Part shown: positions 11,470 through 21,965 of the stretch, in pieces
Numbering within the stretch: position 1 is the stretch's first letter
How the letters are laid out: every line of letters begins with the position of its first letter
Source: Pseudomonadota bacterium
Lineage (GTDB): Bacteria > Pseudomonadota > Alphaproteobacteria > Rhizobiales > Beijerinckiaceae
Reading direction: 5' to 3'
NCBI GenBank assembly: GCA_023422485.1
Contig: JAGTAM010000687.1
Span: forward strand, 1-56,043
DNA length: 56,043 nt
Program-made: the position numbers and the translations under genes
Notes under the pieces: generated by a model
Databases searched by the model: none
What the model saw: only the letters and a program-made list of their open reading frames with translations
What the model was told of the DNA's origin: nothing

Positions 11470-12441
11470 TTATCGGCTTTTTGGGGGAGCATTCGATAGG
11501 TGTTGCGCCCCCAGGCCATGATCATGGACATAGGCAACAGGTGTGCGATCGATCAACAGACTGAGGAGGTCGGGGCGGCTGGAGTGTCCGCGCGAATCCA
11601 TCAAGCGCTTGCGCTTGTCGATCAGCGAGAAATCAAGGTCGGCGACCACCGCGCCTTCACCGATGCGCAGCGGTTCAGCCACCAATTCGCCCTGCGGTGA
11701 GACGATTGCAGTAAAGCAGCCGCTGGAGATCGGACCTATCGGGCACCCAGTGTCACGCATTATGCGGGCTTGCTGATCGGAGTCCAGCCAGCCGGTTGCG
11801 TTGACTACGAAGCAGGCGGATTCAAGCGCATGTTGGCGGATATTGACCGAGGTCTGCTCAGAGAATAGGTCGCCACCAAACGAGCCAGGATACATAGCCG
11901 CGTGAATCTGCTCGCCATCCGCCATCAGGGCATAGCGGGCCAGGGGATTGTAATGCTCCCAGCAAGCGAGCTGACCGACGCGCCCCACCGCGGTGTCGAC
12001 AGCCTTCAGTCCCGAACCGTCACCCTGGCCCCAGATCATCCGTTCGTGATGGGTTGGAGATATCTTCCGACGGCGCTGGATCAGGGCTCCGTCGGCATCG
12101 AAGAGCAGTTGAGTATTGTAAAGTGTGCCTCCATCACGTTCGTTTACGCCAATAGCAACGACAATGCCCGCTTGTTTGCATGCTTCACCGATCTCCCAGG
12201 TGGTGGCCGATGGGATGGTCACCGCCTGCTCCAGCAATCTGAGGTTTTCCGCGGCCATCTCGAAAGGCCGCTGCACGAAGGAGAAATAGGGATAGTACGG
12301 GATGACCGTTTCGGAGAACGTTGCGAACTGGACGCCCTGGCGAGCAAGCCCGAAGATGTTTTCTAGAACCTTCGCAACCGTCCCGTCGCGACTATAAAGT
12401 ATCGGACTGATCTGTACCGCCGCAGCTCTCACGGTACTCAT
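11470..12441 (-). CDS. Nitrilase (Nit6803-like)
   Basis: E-K-C triad: [43 protein letters not shown]. Confidence 0.93.
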   Translation of the reverse strand: MSTVRAAAVQISPILYSRDGTVAKVLENIFGLARQGVQFATFSETVIPYYPYFSFVQRPFEMAAENLRLLEQAVTIPSATTWEIGEACKQAGIVVAIGVNERDGGTLYNTQLLFDADGALIQRRRKISPTHHERMIWGQGDGSGLKAVDTAVGRVGQLACWEHYNPLARYALMADGEQIHAAMYPGSFGGDLFSEQTSVNIRQHALESACFVVNATGWLDSDQQARIMRDTGCPIGPISSGCFTAIVSPQGELVAEPLRIGEGAVVADLDFSLIDKRKRLMDSRGHSSRPDLLSLLIDRTPVAYVHDHGLGAQHLSNAPPKSR

Positions 12442-12736
12442 GGCGATCTCCTGCTCTAGACAAATGCCGAATCGCCCTACTGTTGCGGCTTAACGGCGCT
12501 GCGAGCTGCACTTTGCTGGCAACCGTTGAGGCTGCTTCGACTGGATCGTCCAAACTCTGTCGTGCCTGCCCGCAGTGCTCGGATAAGTTCCTGTCGAACT
12601 GCATCGTTCCAGCGCGCAACGTGAATATTGCTGTCAAAGAGATAGGAGCTCTTTGTCGGTCTCCCAACATCGCAACCGCTTGCAAGGCGCATCGGTGGCC
12701 CGTTCTGCCGATATGTTGTTCAATCACGTCGCTCTT

Positions 12737-12761
12737 GGAACGCCCTCACAAGCCGAGGGTT
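12737..12761 (+). promoter_or_regulatory. EcfG-type promoter (a weaker second copy, GGAAC-N16-CGTC, at 12863-12887)
   Basis: GGAAC-N16-GGTT upstream of the 12923 ORF. Confidence 0.5.
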
Positions 12762-12922
12762 AGGCGGCACTGCAGTCGTTGGTGGTACTCTGACCATTTC
12801 TGCTGAGCCTGAGGACGAGGAGCGTTCCCAAGCTACCGATGGCGTTGCGCCAACTCTATCGCGGAACCTGTCCGCGCACCGCGCGTCTGATTGCTAACGT
12901 CTCCCTGGCCTAGGTAGCACTA

Positions 12923-13183
12923 GTGGCGAGAAAAACCGCGCGAGGACTGGTTGTTTTAACTTGCCCGAAAACCGGGAAGGAATTCAGTATTGGCGTTGAA
13001 AGCGACACTACATCGTTGGCCAGCGTAATCGGCCGTCGGTTCTACGTTGACTGCCCGATTTGTGGGGATCGGCACGCTTGGAGCTACGACGATATAAAGC
13101 TAACGCACGACGGTAGATCCCTGCCCAAGATGACCGACCCCATAGACACGGACGAGACGAAGACTGATACGTCCACGGGCTGA
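12923..13183 (+). CDS. Small hypothetical protein with putative zinc-ribbon
   Basis: TCPKTG...CPICGDRHAW pattern; GTG start; downstream of EcfG-type motifs. Confidence 0.65.
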   Translation: MARKTARGLVVLTCPKTGKEFSIGVESDTTSLASVIGRRFYVDCPICGDRHAWSYDDIKLTHDGRSLPKMTDPIDTDETKTDTSTG

Positions 13184-13249
13184 TCATGAAGTTGCTGTGC
13201 GGAGGCTTCCGATCACGTCAGTTCCATGGGCCTTGCCAGAGCAGCCACC

Positions 13250-13370
13250 GACCATGATCTACCAGTTCCCGAAGACACTTCGACCCAGCATGCCCATGAT
13301 AATGTGGTCGATGGAGACCTCAGCCGCATAGGCCCGGTAAGTTTGGTTGCTTCGGTCCCATAACCTAGGC
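13250..13370 (-). pseudogene. Possible universal stress protein fragment
   Basis: Minus frame YAAEVSIDHIIMGMLGRSVFGNW* resembles the USP C-terminal DxIVMGxxGRS motif. Confidence 0.3.
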
Positions 13371-13565
13371 TGAGGAATAGGGACCTTCGATACCGATCGC
13401 CAAACAAGCTAGGCCGTGGAACCGCATGTGGCCAATGGACCGGTCGGCCTGGATCGCCTAGGCGCTGATCCTTGACTAGGCCTGCGACCGCACCCGAATC
13501 GCGCGAGGATCGAAGGCTCCCCCGTAGCCGTCCGGCTCTTTCTGTTTTTCCGGCGACCAGCTCGC

Positions 13566-13591
13566 GGAACGCTTGCCAGCGTGCGTACGTT
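13566..13591 (+). promoter_or_regulatory. EcfG promoter for hypothetical-yciF unit
   Basis: GGAAC-N17-CGTT. Confidence 0.8.
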
Positions 13592-13627
13592 CATAACGCG
13601 ACGTCGACATCAACGAGAATGACTACC

Positions 13628-13888
13628 ATGACATCGGCGACCAATGAAAGCGAGTGGATTGCGGCTCATATCTTCGAAAGCGTTGACGGACATCGCCTGG
13701 GTTTCACCGCTGATCCCTTAGGAGCCAATCTACCAGCACCCAGGATGTGGCTGTTCAAACGCTCGTTCGAACTCGCAGCGGACCGCAGCGTGCCCGCGAA
13801 CGTGCCACCAGAGCCCATCCTCCGCGGCCTCCGGGACGTTGGTTACTATGTCTGGCGCAAAGGCGCGACTCACGCGACCAGCCAATAG
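13628..13888 (+). CDS. Hypothetical protein
   Basis: AAHIFESVDGHRLGFTADPLGANLP...PEPILRGLRDVGYYVW; lies between the EcfG promoter and yciF; alternative start 13619. Confidence 0.7.
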   Translation: MTSATNESEWIAAHIFESVDGHRLGFTADPLGANLPAPRMWLFKRSFELAADRSVPANVPPEPILRGLRDVGYYVWRKGATHATSQ

Positions 13889-13933
13889 GTTTTCGCCGAC
13901 ATGATTTACGCCTAAGCACAACTGGAGACTCGT

Positions 13934-14467
13934 ATGGAAACGCTGAATCAACTGTTTGAAGAGACGACCCGCGACATCTATTACGCTGAAAAGAAAATCC
14001 TGAAGGCGCTGCCAAAGATGGCAAAGAAGGCTAATTCACCTCAGCTTGCCAAAGCATTCGAAATGCACAGAGCGGAAACGGAACAACACGTCGAGCGGCT
14101 GGATCAAATTTTTGAACTCCTCGGCAAACCGGCTCGCGGGAAAACCTGCCCGGCTATCGATGGTATCATCGAAGAGGGCGAGGAGATTATGAAGGAAGCC
14201 AAGGACCCGACAGTGCGCGATGCTGGCCTGCTTGCTGCCGCACAAGCTGTCGAGCACTACGAAATCACTCGCTACGGAACGCTCAAGTCCTGGGCCACCA
14301 AGCTTGGCATGTCCGACGCGGTTAAGTTGATCGATGCGACTCTGAAGGAAGAAAAAGCCACCGACGTTAAGCTGACAGACCTTGCCGAAAGCGAGATCAA
14401 TATTGAGGCAGGCGAGAGGGACGATACGTCGGCTCCGAGAAAATCAACTGGCGGTCGTCGTTCGTAG
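13934..14467 (+). CDS. yciF: Ferritin-like DUF892 protein (YciF)
   Basis: DIYYAEKKILKALPKMAK, AQAVEHYEITRYGTL, EEKATD; GGAG RBS. Confidence 0.93.
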   Translation: METLNQLFEETTRDIYYAEKKILKALPKMAKKANSPQLAKAFEMHRAETEQHVERLDQIFELLGKPARGKTCPAIDGIIEEGEEIMKEAKDPTVRDAGLLAAAQAVEHYEITRYGTLKSWATKLGMSDAVKLIDATLKEEKATDVKLTDLAESEINIEAGERDDTSAPRKSTGGRRS

Positions 14468-14766
14468 CATGCAGGTCCGTTATCGGATTGTCTCAATAGA
14501 GGAGTAGAGCGCTGCAGCCCTCGGCAGTGCTCATCAATCAACTGGCATTCTCTGAGGGCTCATGAGCGATACCCAAGAGAACTCCTGTCGAACCTCTGTC
14601 TGTTTTCGGAGTGGGAAGGGAACCAAGGTTTCGTATGGGGTCATCGCCGCGTGCTTCGCAGACGTTTAGCTTCTGGTCGACGATGTTTGCTTAACGGCCG
14701 AATAGCAATCGGCTTTGGCGTTCAACTGTGAAGCCATCCGCGCAACGCAGAGACGATGGACCGAGA

Positions 14767-15936
14767 CTAAGGTTTCATCACCACCTTGATGCAGCCATCC
14801 TTCCGATCATTGAATTTTTTGTACAGTTCCGGTCCCGCCTCGAGGGGCGCGGTATCAGTGATGATGAAGGACGGGTCGATCTCTCCCTCCTCAATCCGTT
14901 TCATCAGCCTCGGTAAATAATGCTGCACGGGCGTTTGTGCCATGCGCAATGAAAGTCCCCTGTTCATCGCAGAACCGATCGGTATCTTATCGAGGTAACC
15001 AGCATACACTCCGACTACCGATATGGTGCCGAAGTTCCGGCAGCATTGAATCGCCTGGCGAAGCACATGTGGACGATCGGTGCCCATAAACGTCGCCACC
15101 TTCACCCGATCCACCATCGAATAGAAACTTGATCTCGCATCAGGTTCGGTCCCAACCGCGTCGATGCACGCGTCGGCGCCACGCCCTGTGGTCATGTCCT
15201 GGATGCGCTCATAGATATCTTCGTCCATGAAATTCAGTGGGGTGGCGCCCGCCAACCGCGCCAGCGCCAACCGTTCGGGTACAGTATCGATCGCGATGAC
15301 GCTTTTAGCCCCCATCAGGAAGGAACTCCTGATGGCAAACTGCCCCACCGGACCGCAACCCCAGACCGCAATCGTGTCCTCTGGCTGGATGTTGCAAAAT
15401 TCTGCGGCCATGTACCCGGTCGGGAAGATATCCGACAGGAACAGCACCTGATCGTCGGTCAGATGCGATGGGACTTTAATCGGGCCGACATCGGCGAATG
15501 GAACTCGTAAGTATTCCGCTTGCCCCCCTGGATAACCACCCAGCAGATGCGAATAGCCGAACAGACCCGCCGGAGAATGGCCCCAGAGCTGGGCGACCTT
15601 TGCCGCGTTCGGGTTTGATCGTTCGCAAGCGGAGTAGTGGCCACGCTGACAGAAGAAGCATTCGCCGCATGAGATCGTGAACGGCACCACGACGCGGTCG
15701 CCTACCTTCAGTTTCTTGTTGGCTGAACCGACCTCGACGACCTCGCCCATGGTTTCATGGCCAAGAACGTCACCGCTGTGCATCTCGGGAACAATCCCGT
15801 TGTAAAGGTGCAGGTCCGATCCGCAGATGGCACACGCTGTCACCTTGATGATAGCGTCCCGCGGATCCTGGATAGTGGGATCGGGCACAGCTTCGTATCG
15901 GATGTCGCCTTTGCCGTGCCAGCATAAAGCTTTCAT
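14767..15936 (-). CDS. Zinc-dependent alcohol/formaldehyde dehydrogenase (YbdR/FDH-like)
   Basis: [25 protein letters not shown]...C structural Zn, [15 protein letters not shown]. Confidence 0.93.
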   Translation of the reverse strand: MKALCWHGKGDIRYEAVPDPTIQDPRDAIIKVTACAICGSDLHLYNGIVPEMHSGDVLGHETMGEVVEVGSANKKLKVGDRVVVPFTISCGECFFCQRGHYSACERSNPNAAKVAQLWGHSPAGLFGYSHLLGGYPGGQAEYLRVPFADVGPIKVPSHLTDDQVLFLSDIFPTGYMAAEFCNIQPEDTIAVWGCGPVGQFAIRSSFLMGAKSVIAIDTVPERLALARLAGATPLNFMDEDIYERIQDMTTGRGADACIDAVGTEPDARSSFYSMVDRVKVATFMGTDRPHVLRQAIQCCRNFGTISVVGVYAGYLDKIPIGSAMNRGLSLRMAQTPVQHYLPRLMKRIEEGEIDPSFIITDTAPLEAGPELYKKFNDRKDGCIKVVMKP

Positions 15937-15985
15937 TGCGACGTCCTCATCTAAGAATGCAGCCTGCCACACAGCCTTTTGAGAC

Positions 15986-16010
15986 AACCTGTGTCGGCTT
16001 CAAGCGTTCC
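15986..16010 (-). promoter_or_regulatory. EcfG promoter, dehydrogenase gene
   Basis: GGAAC-N16-GGTT on minus strand. Confidence 0.65.
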
Positions 16011-16083
16011 TCCTGCGAATTGCTAGGATGCGGATCGACTTAACGCACCAAACGTTTGTGCCACCAACTCAACGAGTCATCTC

Positions 16084-16545
16084 ATGTTTGAAATGTCTGT
16101 AGGTATCGGTGAGCTGATCTTTCGCGCAGCAGTCGTCTTTCTCTTTCTTTTCATGCTCCTGCGCTTTATTGGGAAAAAGCACATCGGTGAACTCGCCCCG
16201 TTCGATCTCGTCGTGCTTTTGATCCTCAGTGAAACGGTTCAGAGTTCCATGGTTGGTGCAGATCAATCGCTGATGGGGGGCCTGGTCGCCGCGACGACGC
16301 TCATGGCTATTGCTCACGGAACCAACTGGTTGACGCACTATAGCAAACAGGCGGCCCGGGTGGTCGATGGAGTGCCGAAAGTGATTGTCCGAAATGGCCA
16401 TTGCTTCAAGTCAATCATGGCCGATGAGAAGATCACGATGTCGGAACTTCTCGAGGCTATGCGCCAGGAAGGCTGCACCAACATCCTCAATGTGCGCGTG
16501 GCGATGCTGGAGAACGACGGCCGGATCTCAATTGTTACGCGCTGA
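16084..16545 (+). CDS. DUF421 (YetF-like) membrane protein
   Basis: RFIGKKHIGELAPFDLVVLLILS, AMLENDGRISIV. Confidence 0.9.
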   Translation: MFEMSVGIGELIFRAAVVFLFLFMLLRFIGKKHIGELAPFDLVVLLILSETVQSSMVGADQSLMGGLVAATTLMAIAHGTNWLTHYSKQAARVVDGVPKVIVRNGHCFKSIMADEKITMSELLEAMRQEGCTNILNVRVAMLENDGRISIVTR

Positions 16546-16652
16546 GGGGCGAGAAACGTCATTTCTGAGTCCATACCCGAGCGCCACCATGAACCAATCA
16601 TGATGGTGACAATCAATAAGTGGCGCGCGCTTGGTTGCTTTCCGGCGGAGGG

Positions 16653-17489
16653 CTATTTGGCCCTTCGTGCAAAACTGAATCCGACTGGAATGGAGTGATC
16701 TCTGTGATGGCCACCCTTGATGGCGGCCCACCACGCGGCTGCAAGTGAAATAAGTAGGCTGGCAGCTGTCACGAAACCAGTTAGAACCGCAGCCTTACGC
16801 GCCTTGTCCGCCGCCTCTCTTGCGCCATTGAATGCTTCGCTAATGCGCTTGTCAGCCTCCTCGGCGGAAACGCCGGTCCGCTGGGCAATCACCTGCGCCA
16901 GGTAGCTGCGATCTTGACTTGTCAACGTACCGTTGGCGACTGCGGTCGCAAGCACTCGACCCACTTCCGACCTGACGTCAGCTTCACTAGCTGGCTGTCC
17001 TGCTTTCTGCGGGCGCAGAAGCCTATCAACGACAATATCCGACGAGCCAGCTGCAGCTGTCGCAGCGGCTCCGCCAGCCACCTCGGCGGTTGTGCGTGTA
17101 ACTGCGCTCGCGGTGGCCATCAGAAGACCGGCTCCCACAACGATGCCGACGGCCCAAACGACGCCGCCATGAACGCCGTCTCGGAACTGAACCTCATCGG
17201 CAGAGGCGTCGTGTAATCCGGTGCGCATGCGTCCTGCGACATACCCTCCAGCCATGAATGAGCCGATCTGTTGGGCCAGGACCCAGAAAACAGCAATCCC
17301 AGCCACCACGCTGGTCGATAAGCCTGAGTTCGGCCATGGCGAAGTAGCACTTAATCCGATCGCAGTACCAAACGTCAGCAACACAAATGAGATCGCCGCC
17401 GCAAGAAAGGCGCCGGCAAATACGGCACTCCACTCCACAGAGGGAACATCGGCCACCGGCGATGAAGGTCTGTTTTCGACATGTGCCAT
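16653..17489 (-). CDS. Conserved-type membrane protein
   Basis: SVEWSAVFAGA...GGYVAGRMR...FRDGVHG; several TM helices; AGGAGG RBS. Confidence 0.85.
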   Translation of the reverse strand: MAHVENRPSSPVADVPSVEWSAVFAGAFLAAAISFVLLTFGTAIGLSATSPWPNSGLSTSVVAGIAVFWVLAQQIGSFMAGGYVAGRMRTGLHDASADEVQFRDGVHGGVVWAVGIVVGAGLLMATASAVTRTTAEVAGGAAATAAAGSSDIVVDRLLRPQKAGQPASEADVRSEVGRVLATAVANGTLTSQDRSYLAQVIAQRTGVSAEEADKRISEAFNGAREAADKARKAAVLTGFVTAASLLISLAAAWWAAIKGGHHRDHSIPVGFSFARRAK

Positions 17490-17504
17490 GACCGCGTCAT
17501 CCTC

Positions 17505-17579
17505 CTAGCGTAATCCGAGCACGCTGAGGATAAACATGATGACTACGACCAACCCCACGAGATAGATGATCTCGTTCAT
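17505..17579 (-). CDS. 24-aa single-TM microprotein
   Basis: MNEIIYLVGLVVVIMFILSVLGLR*; GGAG RBS; its stop overlaps the RBS of the next gene. Confidence 0.7.
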   Translation of the reverse strand: MNEIIYLVGLVVVIMFILSVLGLR

Positions 17580-17614
17580 CAATGGCTCCCGCAGCACTTT
17601 AAGTGTCAAAGTAA

Positions 17615-17640
17615 AACTTTGCTGGCTGACATTTTGTTCC
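17615..17640 (-). promoter_or_regulatory. EcfG-type promoter for microprotein/membrane protein operon
   Basis: GGAAC-N17-AGTT on minus strand. Confidence 0.65.
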
Positions 17641-17815
17641 CTGCCCGACGAGCCTTCGAATTGTTCCGCTTTTCTTTCCAATTGGTCTTTTAGTCGGCTT
17701 GCAGCCAACGAGTAACAGACGCGATGCTTCCAACAGGCTGAGACTAGCTTCGCAAAAGTCGCGAATGCGGGACCCGGACGGCCTATGGCCGATCCGCGTT
17801 TTGTTCTTTGGCGCA

Positions 17816-18379
17816 TTATTCTGCCGCTTGGCTATGACGCCCTTCTGCAAATTCCTCGATCATCTTTTCTATGAATACCGGGATGTCGTCCGGATTGCGG
17901 CTTGTCACCAACCCATTGTCCACGACGACCTCCTGATCGACCCAATGAGCCCCGGCATTTTTTAGATCGGACTTCAACGATGGGTAAGATGTCATTTGCC
18001 TCCCGCGTGCCGCCTCGGCCTCAATCAAAGTCCAAGGTCCGTGGCAGATGGCAGCAATCGGTTTGCCGGCATCTGCAAATGCTTTAACGAACGCAACAGC
18101 CTTGTCCTGCATCCTGAGCTTATCTGGACTGAGTACGCCACCCGGTAAAAGCAGGGCGTCGAATTCGTCAGGTTTCGCCCGATCAAGTGCTTGATCCACG
18201 GGGTATTCATTGCCCCAATCAGTAAATGACCAAGCACGTACAGTTTCATCTGCTGGCGACACGATTAGAGTCTCGGCACCGGCCAGATCGAGAGCCTTGC
18301 GCGGCTCGGTCAATTCAACTTCTTCGAAGCCATTTGTGACGAGAATGGCAATTTTCTTGCCGGATAAGTCTTGAGCCAT
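17816..18379 (-). CDS. pfpI: PfpI/DJ-1 family (type 1 glutamine amidotransferase-like) protein
   Basis: GFEEVELTEP, LLLPGG, AAICHGPW, LVTSRNPDD; GGAGG RBS. Confidence 0.93.
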   Translation of the reverse strand: MAQDLSGKKIAILVTNGFEEVELTEPRKALDLAGAETLIVSPADETVRAWSFTDWGNEYPVDQALDRAKPDEFDALLLPGGVLSPDKLRMQDKAVAFVKAFADAGKPIAAICHGPWTLIEAEAARGRQMTSYPSLKSDLKNAGAHWVDQEVVVDNGLVTSRNPDDIPVFIEKMIEEFAEGRHSQAAE

Positions 18380-18419
18380 GTGCTTCCTCCGAAGTGCGAT
18401 CCAATCCACCTAGTGATGC

Positions 18420-18444
18420 AACATCAACTCACCGCTATGGTTCC
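18420..18444 (-). promoter_or_regulatory. EcfG promoter for pfpI
   Basis: GGAAC-N16-TGTT on minus strand. Confidence 0.65.
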
Positions 18445-18521
18445 GCACTGGCTTCGGACCCGAGCGCCGTCAAAACCTGGAGACTGAACAATGGCATGCG
18501 GATACCCTGAACGGTGCAACC

Positions 18522-18752
18522 ATGAAGGATGCCCTTCTCGGGATCGCCAAAGACGATGGATCGACCGCACGCCAAAACGCCGACAAGATCGTTCAGTCCG
18601 CTTCGCGCGACATCAAGGTCCTGCGCCGCGCGGCGTCAGTGCTGCTCGGTCTAACGGTGAGCTTCTGGATGGACCGGACCGTCGGCCGCATGTTCGTCGT
18701 CGGCGTGCTGATCCTGTCGTGGATGCTATCGTCGGCCGTCTGGCAAACTTAG
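18522..18752 (+). CDS. Possible small membrane protein
   Basis: 76-aa ORF with hydrophobic C-terminus; weak RBS. Confidence 0.3.
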   Translation: MKDALLGIAKDDGSTARQNADKIVQSASRDIKVLRRAASVLLGLTVSFWMDRTVGRMFVVGVLILSWMLSSAVWQT

Positions 18753-19167
18753 GATATCGTCCCCGTGCTGGCCATGATCCTCAACATGTCAGATGACAAG
18801 ATCTTCGAGCAGTCGCGCTTCGGCGGCAGCCGCTACGTGTGCGCGTCAATACATGAAGGCGGATCGGTTTTCGGAAGTCCATCGACGTCGGGGTTTCAGC
18901 GGCGATCGGCGGCATTGCCGTCCCGCAGGCTACGCTCAAGAGCAAAAGCTGAGACTTGCCTCAGGCGCCGAACGCTTCACGGACCCCGAGACATGAGATC
19001 CCATGGGATCATCGAAGTTGCAGGTCATTGTTGTAATCATGCGGCGAGCCGCCATATTAAATAACATATGAAGCATTCATAGCTCATCAACGCAGATGAT
19101 TGTGCGTAGTGGTCCGCGGCGGCGGGTTCGACGGAGTGCAATCCCGCTTCCTACGGAGGACTACCCA

Positions 19168-19488
19168 ATGCCGCTAACTCCGCATCAACGACTTGCTTCC
19201 GCCGGATTTTCAGCAAATGACACCAAAATCCTGATCGAGATCTTCGATACAGTTTAAGCAAAATATTTGGACGCTGATATCAATAACATCATAATAGACG
19301 CTTTGTGCACCATGGCTGGCGCGGGATCGAGGTCTCCCGAAAAAATCACCGCCTACGCCGCACATCGGGCCCGCGATGCCGCTTTCGCCAAGTACGGCGC
19401 GGCGGCCTTGCTGGATACTGACAAGACCGATAAGCGTCCGCAGCATCCGCCAGCAGCCTGTCGGACAGCCTCCTCGCACGATAGATAG
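19168..19488 (+). pseudogene. Small-protein family copy A (in-frame TAA at 19255-19257)
   Basis: GGAGGA RBS; MPLTPHQRLASAGFSANDTKILIEIFDTV*AKYLDADINNIIIDALCTMAGAGSRSPEKITAYAAHRARDA; aligns with copies at 27380 and 29489. Confidence 0.8.
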
Positions 19489-19692
19489 CACGGCCGCAGT
19501 CAACCACAGCCAGGCTGTCGTTCTGGATACTACGATTAGAAAAGAGCTACATATTCACACCGAGCTTGATGAACGTCGATGCCTCGACTTCGACCGGGAT
19601 CCCGACTGACGCCATCCGAGCCGCAGGATAGTTACATGATCGGCCCACGAATCGGTTGCATCAGCAGGCTTCACGACAAAATTTACCGATTT

Positions 19693-19718
19693 GGAACGTT
19701 CCGGAGACAGCGCACGTT
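19693..19718 (+). promoter_or_regulatory. EcfG promoter for Mn catalase
   Basis: GGAAC-N17-CGTT. Confidence 0.8.
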
Positions 19719-19800
19719 CAAACATCGCGTCCACAGCCCGCCGTGCCTTGTTTAGGCTGCTGGCCCGTGCCCCATCAGACAGGCATCTCGGAGCAACTCC

Positions 19801-20727
19801 ATGTTCATGCGCGTCAATCGTTTGCAAATCGACCTTCCGCCTTCCAGCAAGGCAGACCCCAATGCTGCTGCAGCACTGCAGGAGCTGCTCGGTGGAAAAT
19901 ACGGGGAAATGTCCACGCTTGGAAATTACATGTTTCAAAGCTTCAATTTTCGCTCGAAGAGCAAGCTTCGCCCATTCTACAGTTTGGTGGCCGCCATTAC
20001 AGCGGAGGAACTGGGGCACGTTGAATTGGTCAGCAATGGCGTCGCAATGGTCGCCAATGGGCCAGATAATCCCGATGCTGATGAGGTTTCCTCGCCGGAT
20101 GTGAGTTCCGCGCCATTTACGGAGATGAAGGATATTCGCTTAGCGTCCGCCTTCCTTTCGCACGCCGGCGGCGCTGTGCCCGTGAATGGTAATGGACAAA
20201 GCTGGAACAATGACTTTGTCACTACGACTGGCAACGTCATCTTCGACTTGCTGCATAACTTCCATCTGGAATGCGGTGCGAGGCTTCATAAGCTGCGAGT
20301 TTATGAGACATTGCGCGATCCAACGGGGCGGGAAGTTTGCAGTTATCTCTTAGTGCGCGGCTCGGTCCATGCCCACGCGTACGCATTAGCGCTTAAGAAA
20401 TTGACGGGCGTGGAAATTGAGAAGATGCTTCCAACCCCAAACATCCCACTGGCCAATATTCCCGAATGCCAAAAATATCTTGACGAAGGTTCACACCGGC
20501 GGCTCTACACGTTCAGCCCCGAGGACTATAAGGAAATCGCCGGTATTTGGTCGAATGAAGAGGTCGCGCTTCCCGACGATCCGCCGGGCGACCTGGAGGT
20601 GGTTGAAGGCATGCCTGAAGGCGGTAAGATTCATGACCTGGTGGGCGAACCGTCTGCTTTCACGCCCGACTACGCCCCCGAGGAAATGTTTGAGATTGCC
20701 ACCAAGCTGTACAAGGCTTCGCGGTAG
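19801..20727 (+). CDS. Manganese catalase family protein
   Basis: LQELLGGKYGEMST, EELGHVE, LLVRGSVHAHAY. Confidence 0.93.
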   Translation: MFMRVNRLQIDLPPSSKADPNAAAALQELLGGKYGEMSTLGNYMFQSFNFRSKSKLRPFYSLVAAITAEELGHVELVSNGVAMVANGPDNPDADEVSSPDVSSAPFTEMKDIRLASAFLSHAGGAVPVNGNGQSWNNDFVTTTGNVIFDLLHNFHLECGARLHKLRVYETLRDPTGREVCSYLLVRGSVHAHAYALALKKLTGVEIEKMLPTPNIPLANIPECQKYLDEGSHRRLYTFSPEDYKEIAGIWSNEEVALPDDPPGDLEVVEGMPEGGKIHDLVGEPSAFTPDYAPEEMFEIATKLYKASR

Positions 20728-20809
20728 CAGCGAGATAATAGATCTAGGGTCAGGACCCTTATGAGCGGTTAACGTGTACTATCCTGAGGCGCGGCCAGGC
20801 GCTTCACCG

Positions 20810-20956
20810 TCAGGGGCTCTGGCACAGGATGCGCAGCAGCTCATCGAGTGTGGGATTGAAGCCGAACACCCACAGCCGCCACACGGGGGCGGTGGCGAGT
20901 GCTGCGGCTGCGACGAAGGATGCCCAAATAAGGCTACTGCGTACCGTGCCGCTCAC
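20810..20956 (-). CDS. 48-aa membrane-associated small protein coupled to DUF2243 gene
   Basis: GTGA overlap with the upstream stop; MSGTVRSSLIWASFVAAAALATAPVWRLWVFGFNPTLDELLRILCQSP*. Confidence 0.6.
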   Translation of the reverse strand: MSGTVRSSLIWASFVAAAALATAPVWRLWVFGFNPTLDELLRILCQSP

Positions 20957-21447
20957 GGATCAGTCCTCGCACTTTCACGCCGGCCTTGCTGCAGTAAAAC
21001 CCATCCCACAATGAGCATCACGGCTCCCCAAACGATGAAGCCTGCATCCCAGTATATCCACTGGTCGGGGTTTACCCGCTCGTTTACGTGATGGATGCCG
21101 AGCAGATGGTGATCGACGAGGCCCTCCACGACGTTGAAGGCGCCAAATCCGATGAGCATGGATCCGGCCAGCAATTTCGTGGACCAGAAAAGGTGCCGAC
21201 GCTGGGCCGTGCGCCACAGGATGAACAAACCCGCCACCACGAAAAGATAGGTCGCGCTGTGGAATATGCCGTCCCACAGTGTGTTGATCTTCAGATTCTC
21301 GATCGTGTTGACGGGGTACCAACTGCTCAGCATATGATGCCATTGAAGAAGCTGATGCAGCACGATACCGTCGAAAAATCCGCCTAGCCCTAAACCAAAC
21401 AGGATGCCTGCGGAGACCGGAAAATGCCGCTCTGGAGCCGCTGCCAT
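20953..21447 (-). CDS. DUF2243 membrane protein
   Basis: GLGLGGFFDGIVLHQLLQWHHM, WDGIFH, DHHLLGIHHV. Confidence 0.92.
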   Translation of the reverse strand: MAAAPERHFPVSAGILFGLGLGGFFDGIVLHQLLQWHHMLSSWYPVNTIENLKINTLWDGIFHSATYLFVVAGLFILWRTAQRRHLFWSTKLLAGSMLIGFGAFNVVEGLVDHHLLGIHHVNERVNPDQWIYWDAGFIVWGAVMLIVGWVLLQQGRRESARTDP

Positions 21448-21455
21448 GGCTTTAG

Positions 21456-21965
21456 CTAACGCTTCGCAGCGCTGCTATCGACGCCAGTCCGCGCAAGAAA
21501 CTGGACGGTCAGAGCGGGAATGTGTTCATCGAGCCACGCGGCGGTGGCCAGCTCTTCCTGGAGATTTTGATCACAGATTACTTCAAGCTTAGCATCACCG
21601 ATAGAACGCGCCGCCTCCTTGAGTATGCGGTATGAGGCGATCTCCATTTGCTCGAACGTGTAGCTTGCCAGCAAGCCCTTCATGACTTCATCGCCGGCAA
21701 ATAGCCCGCTCAGGCTCTGTCCGAGAGCGATCGTTTTGCCGCCGAGGTCCTTTAGGGTCGAGCTGCTATCGTTGTGGGACTCAAGGTACGTCCGCAGCCG
21801 ACGGGCCTGATCCTGCGTCTCCTTGATGTGGCGGCTGACGGCAGCGCGCAGTTCAGGGTAGTTCTCTAGGCGTCCTTCCTGGCCTGAGAGCATCGTTACG
21901 GCCTGTTCTTCCATCGCGTGTGCATCGCGAACCCACTGCATAACCCACTCGCGTGTGTCGCTCAT
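21456..21965 (-). CDS. yciE: Ferritin-like DUF892 protein (YciE)
   Basis: WVRDAHAMEEQA, LENYPEL, DEVMKG, FEQMEIASY; AAGGAGG RBS. Confidence 0.92.
   Translation of the reverse strand: MSDTREWVMQWVRDAHAMEEQAVTMLSGQEGRLENYPELRAAVSRHIKETQDQARRLRTYLESHNDSSSTLKDLGGKTIALGQSLSGLFAGDEVMKGLLASYTFEQMEIASYRILKEAARSIGDAKLEVICDQNLQEELATAAWLDEHIPALTVQFLARTGVDSSAAKR

Noticed and set aside
12441..12806. ORFs upstream of the nitrilase as Nit1C partner genes
   Set aside because: No similarity recognised to the expected partner proteins
19106..19155. GCGGGTTCGA...ATCCCGC resembling a tRNA T-arm
   Set aside because: Loop interrupted by ~9 nt and no D- or anticodon arm; at most a hairpin upstream of copy A
20744..20763. 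AGGGTC-AG-GACCCT palindrome after Mn catalase, possibly an IS/MITE end
   Set aside because: No matching second end or transposase found
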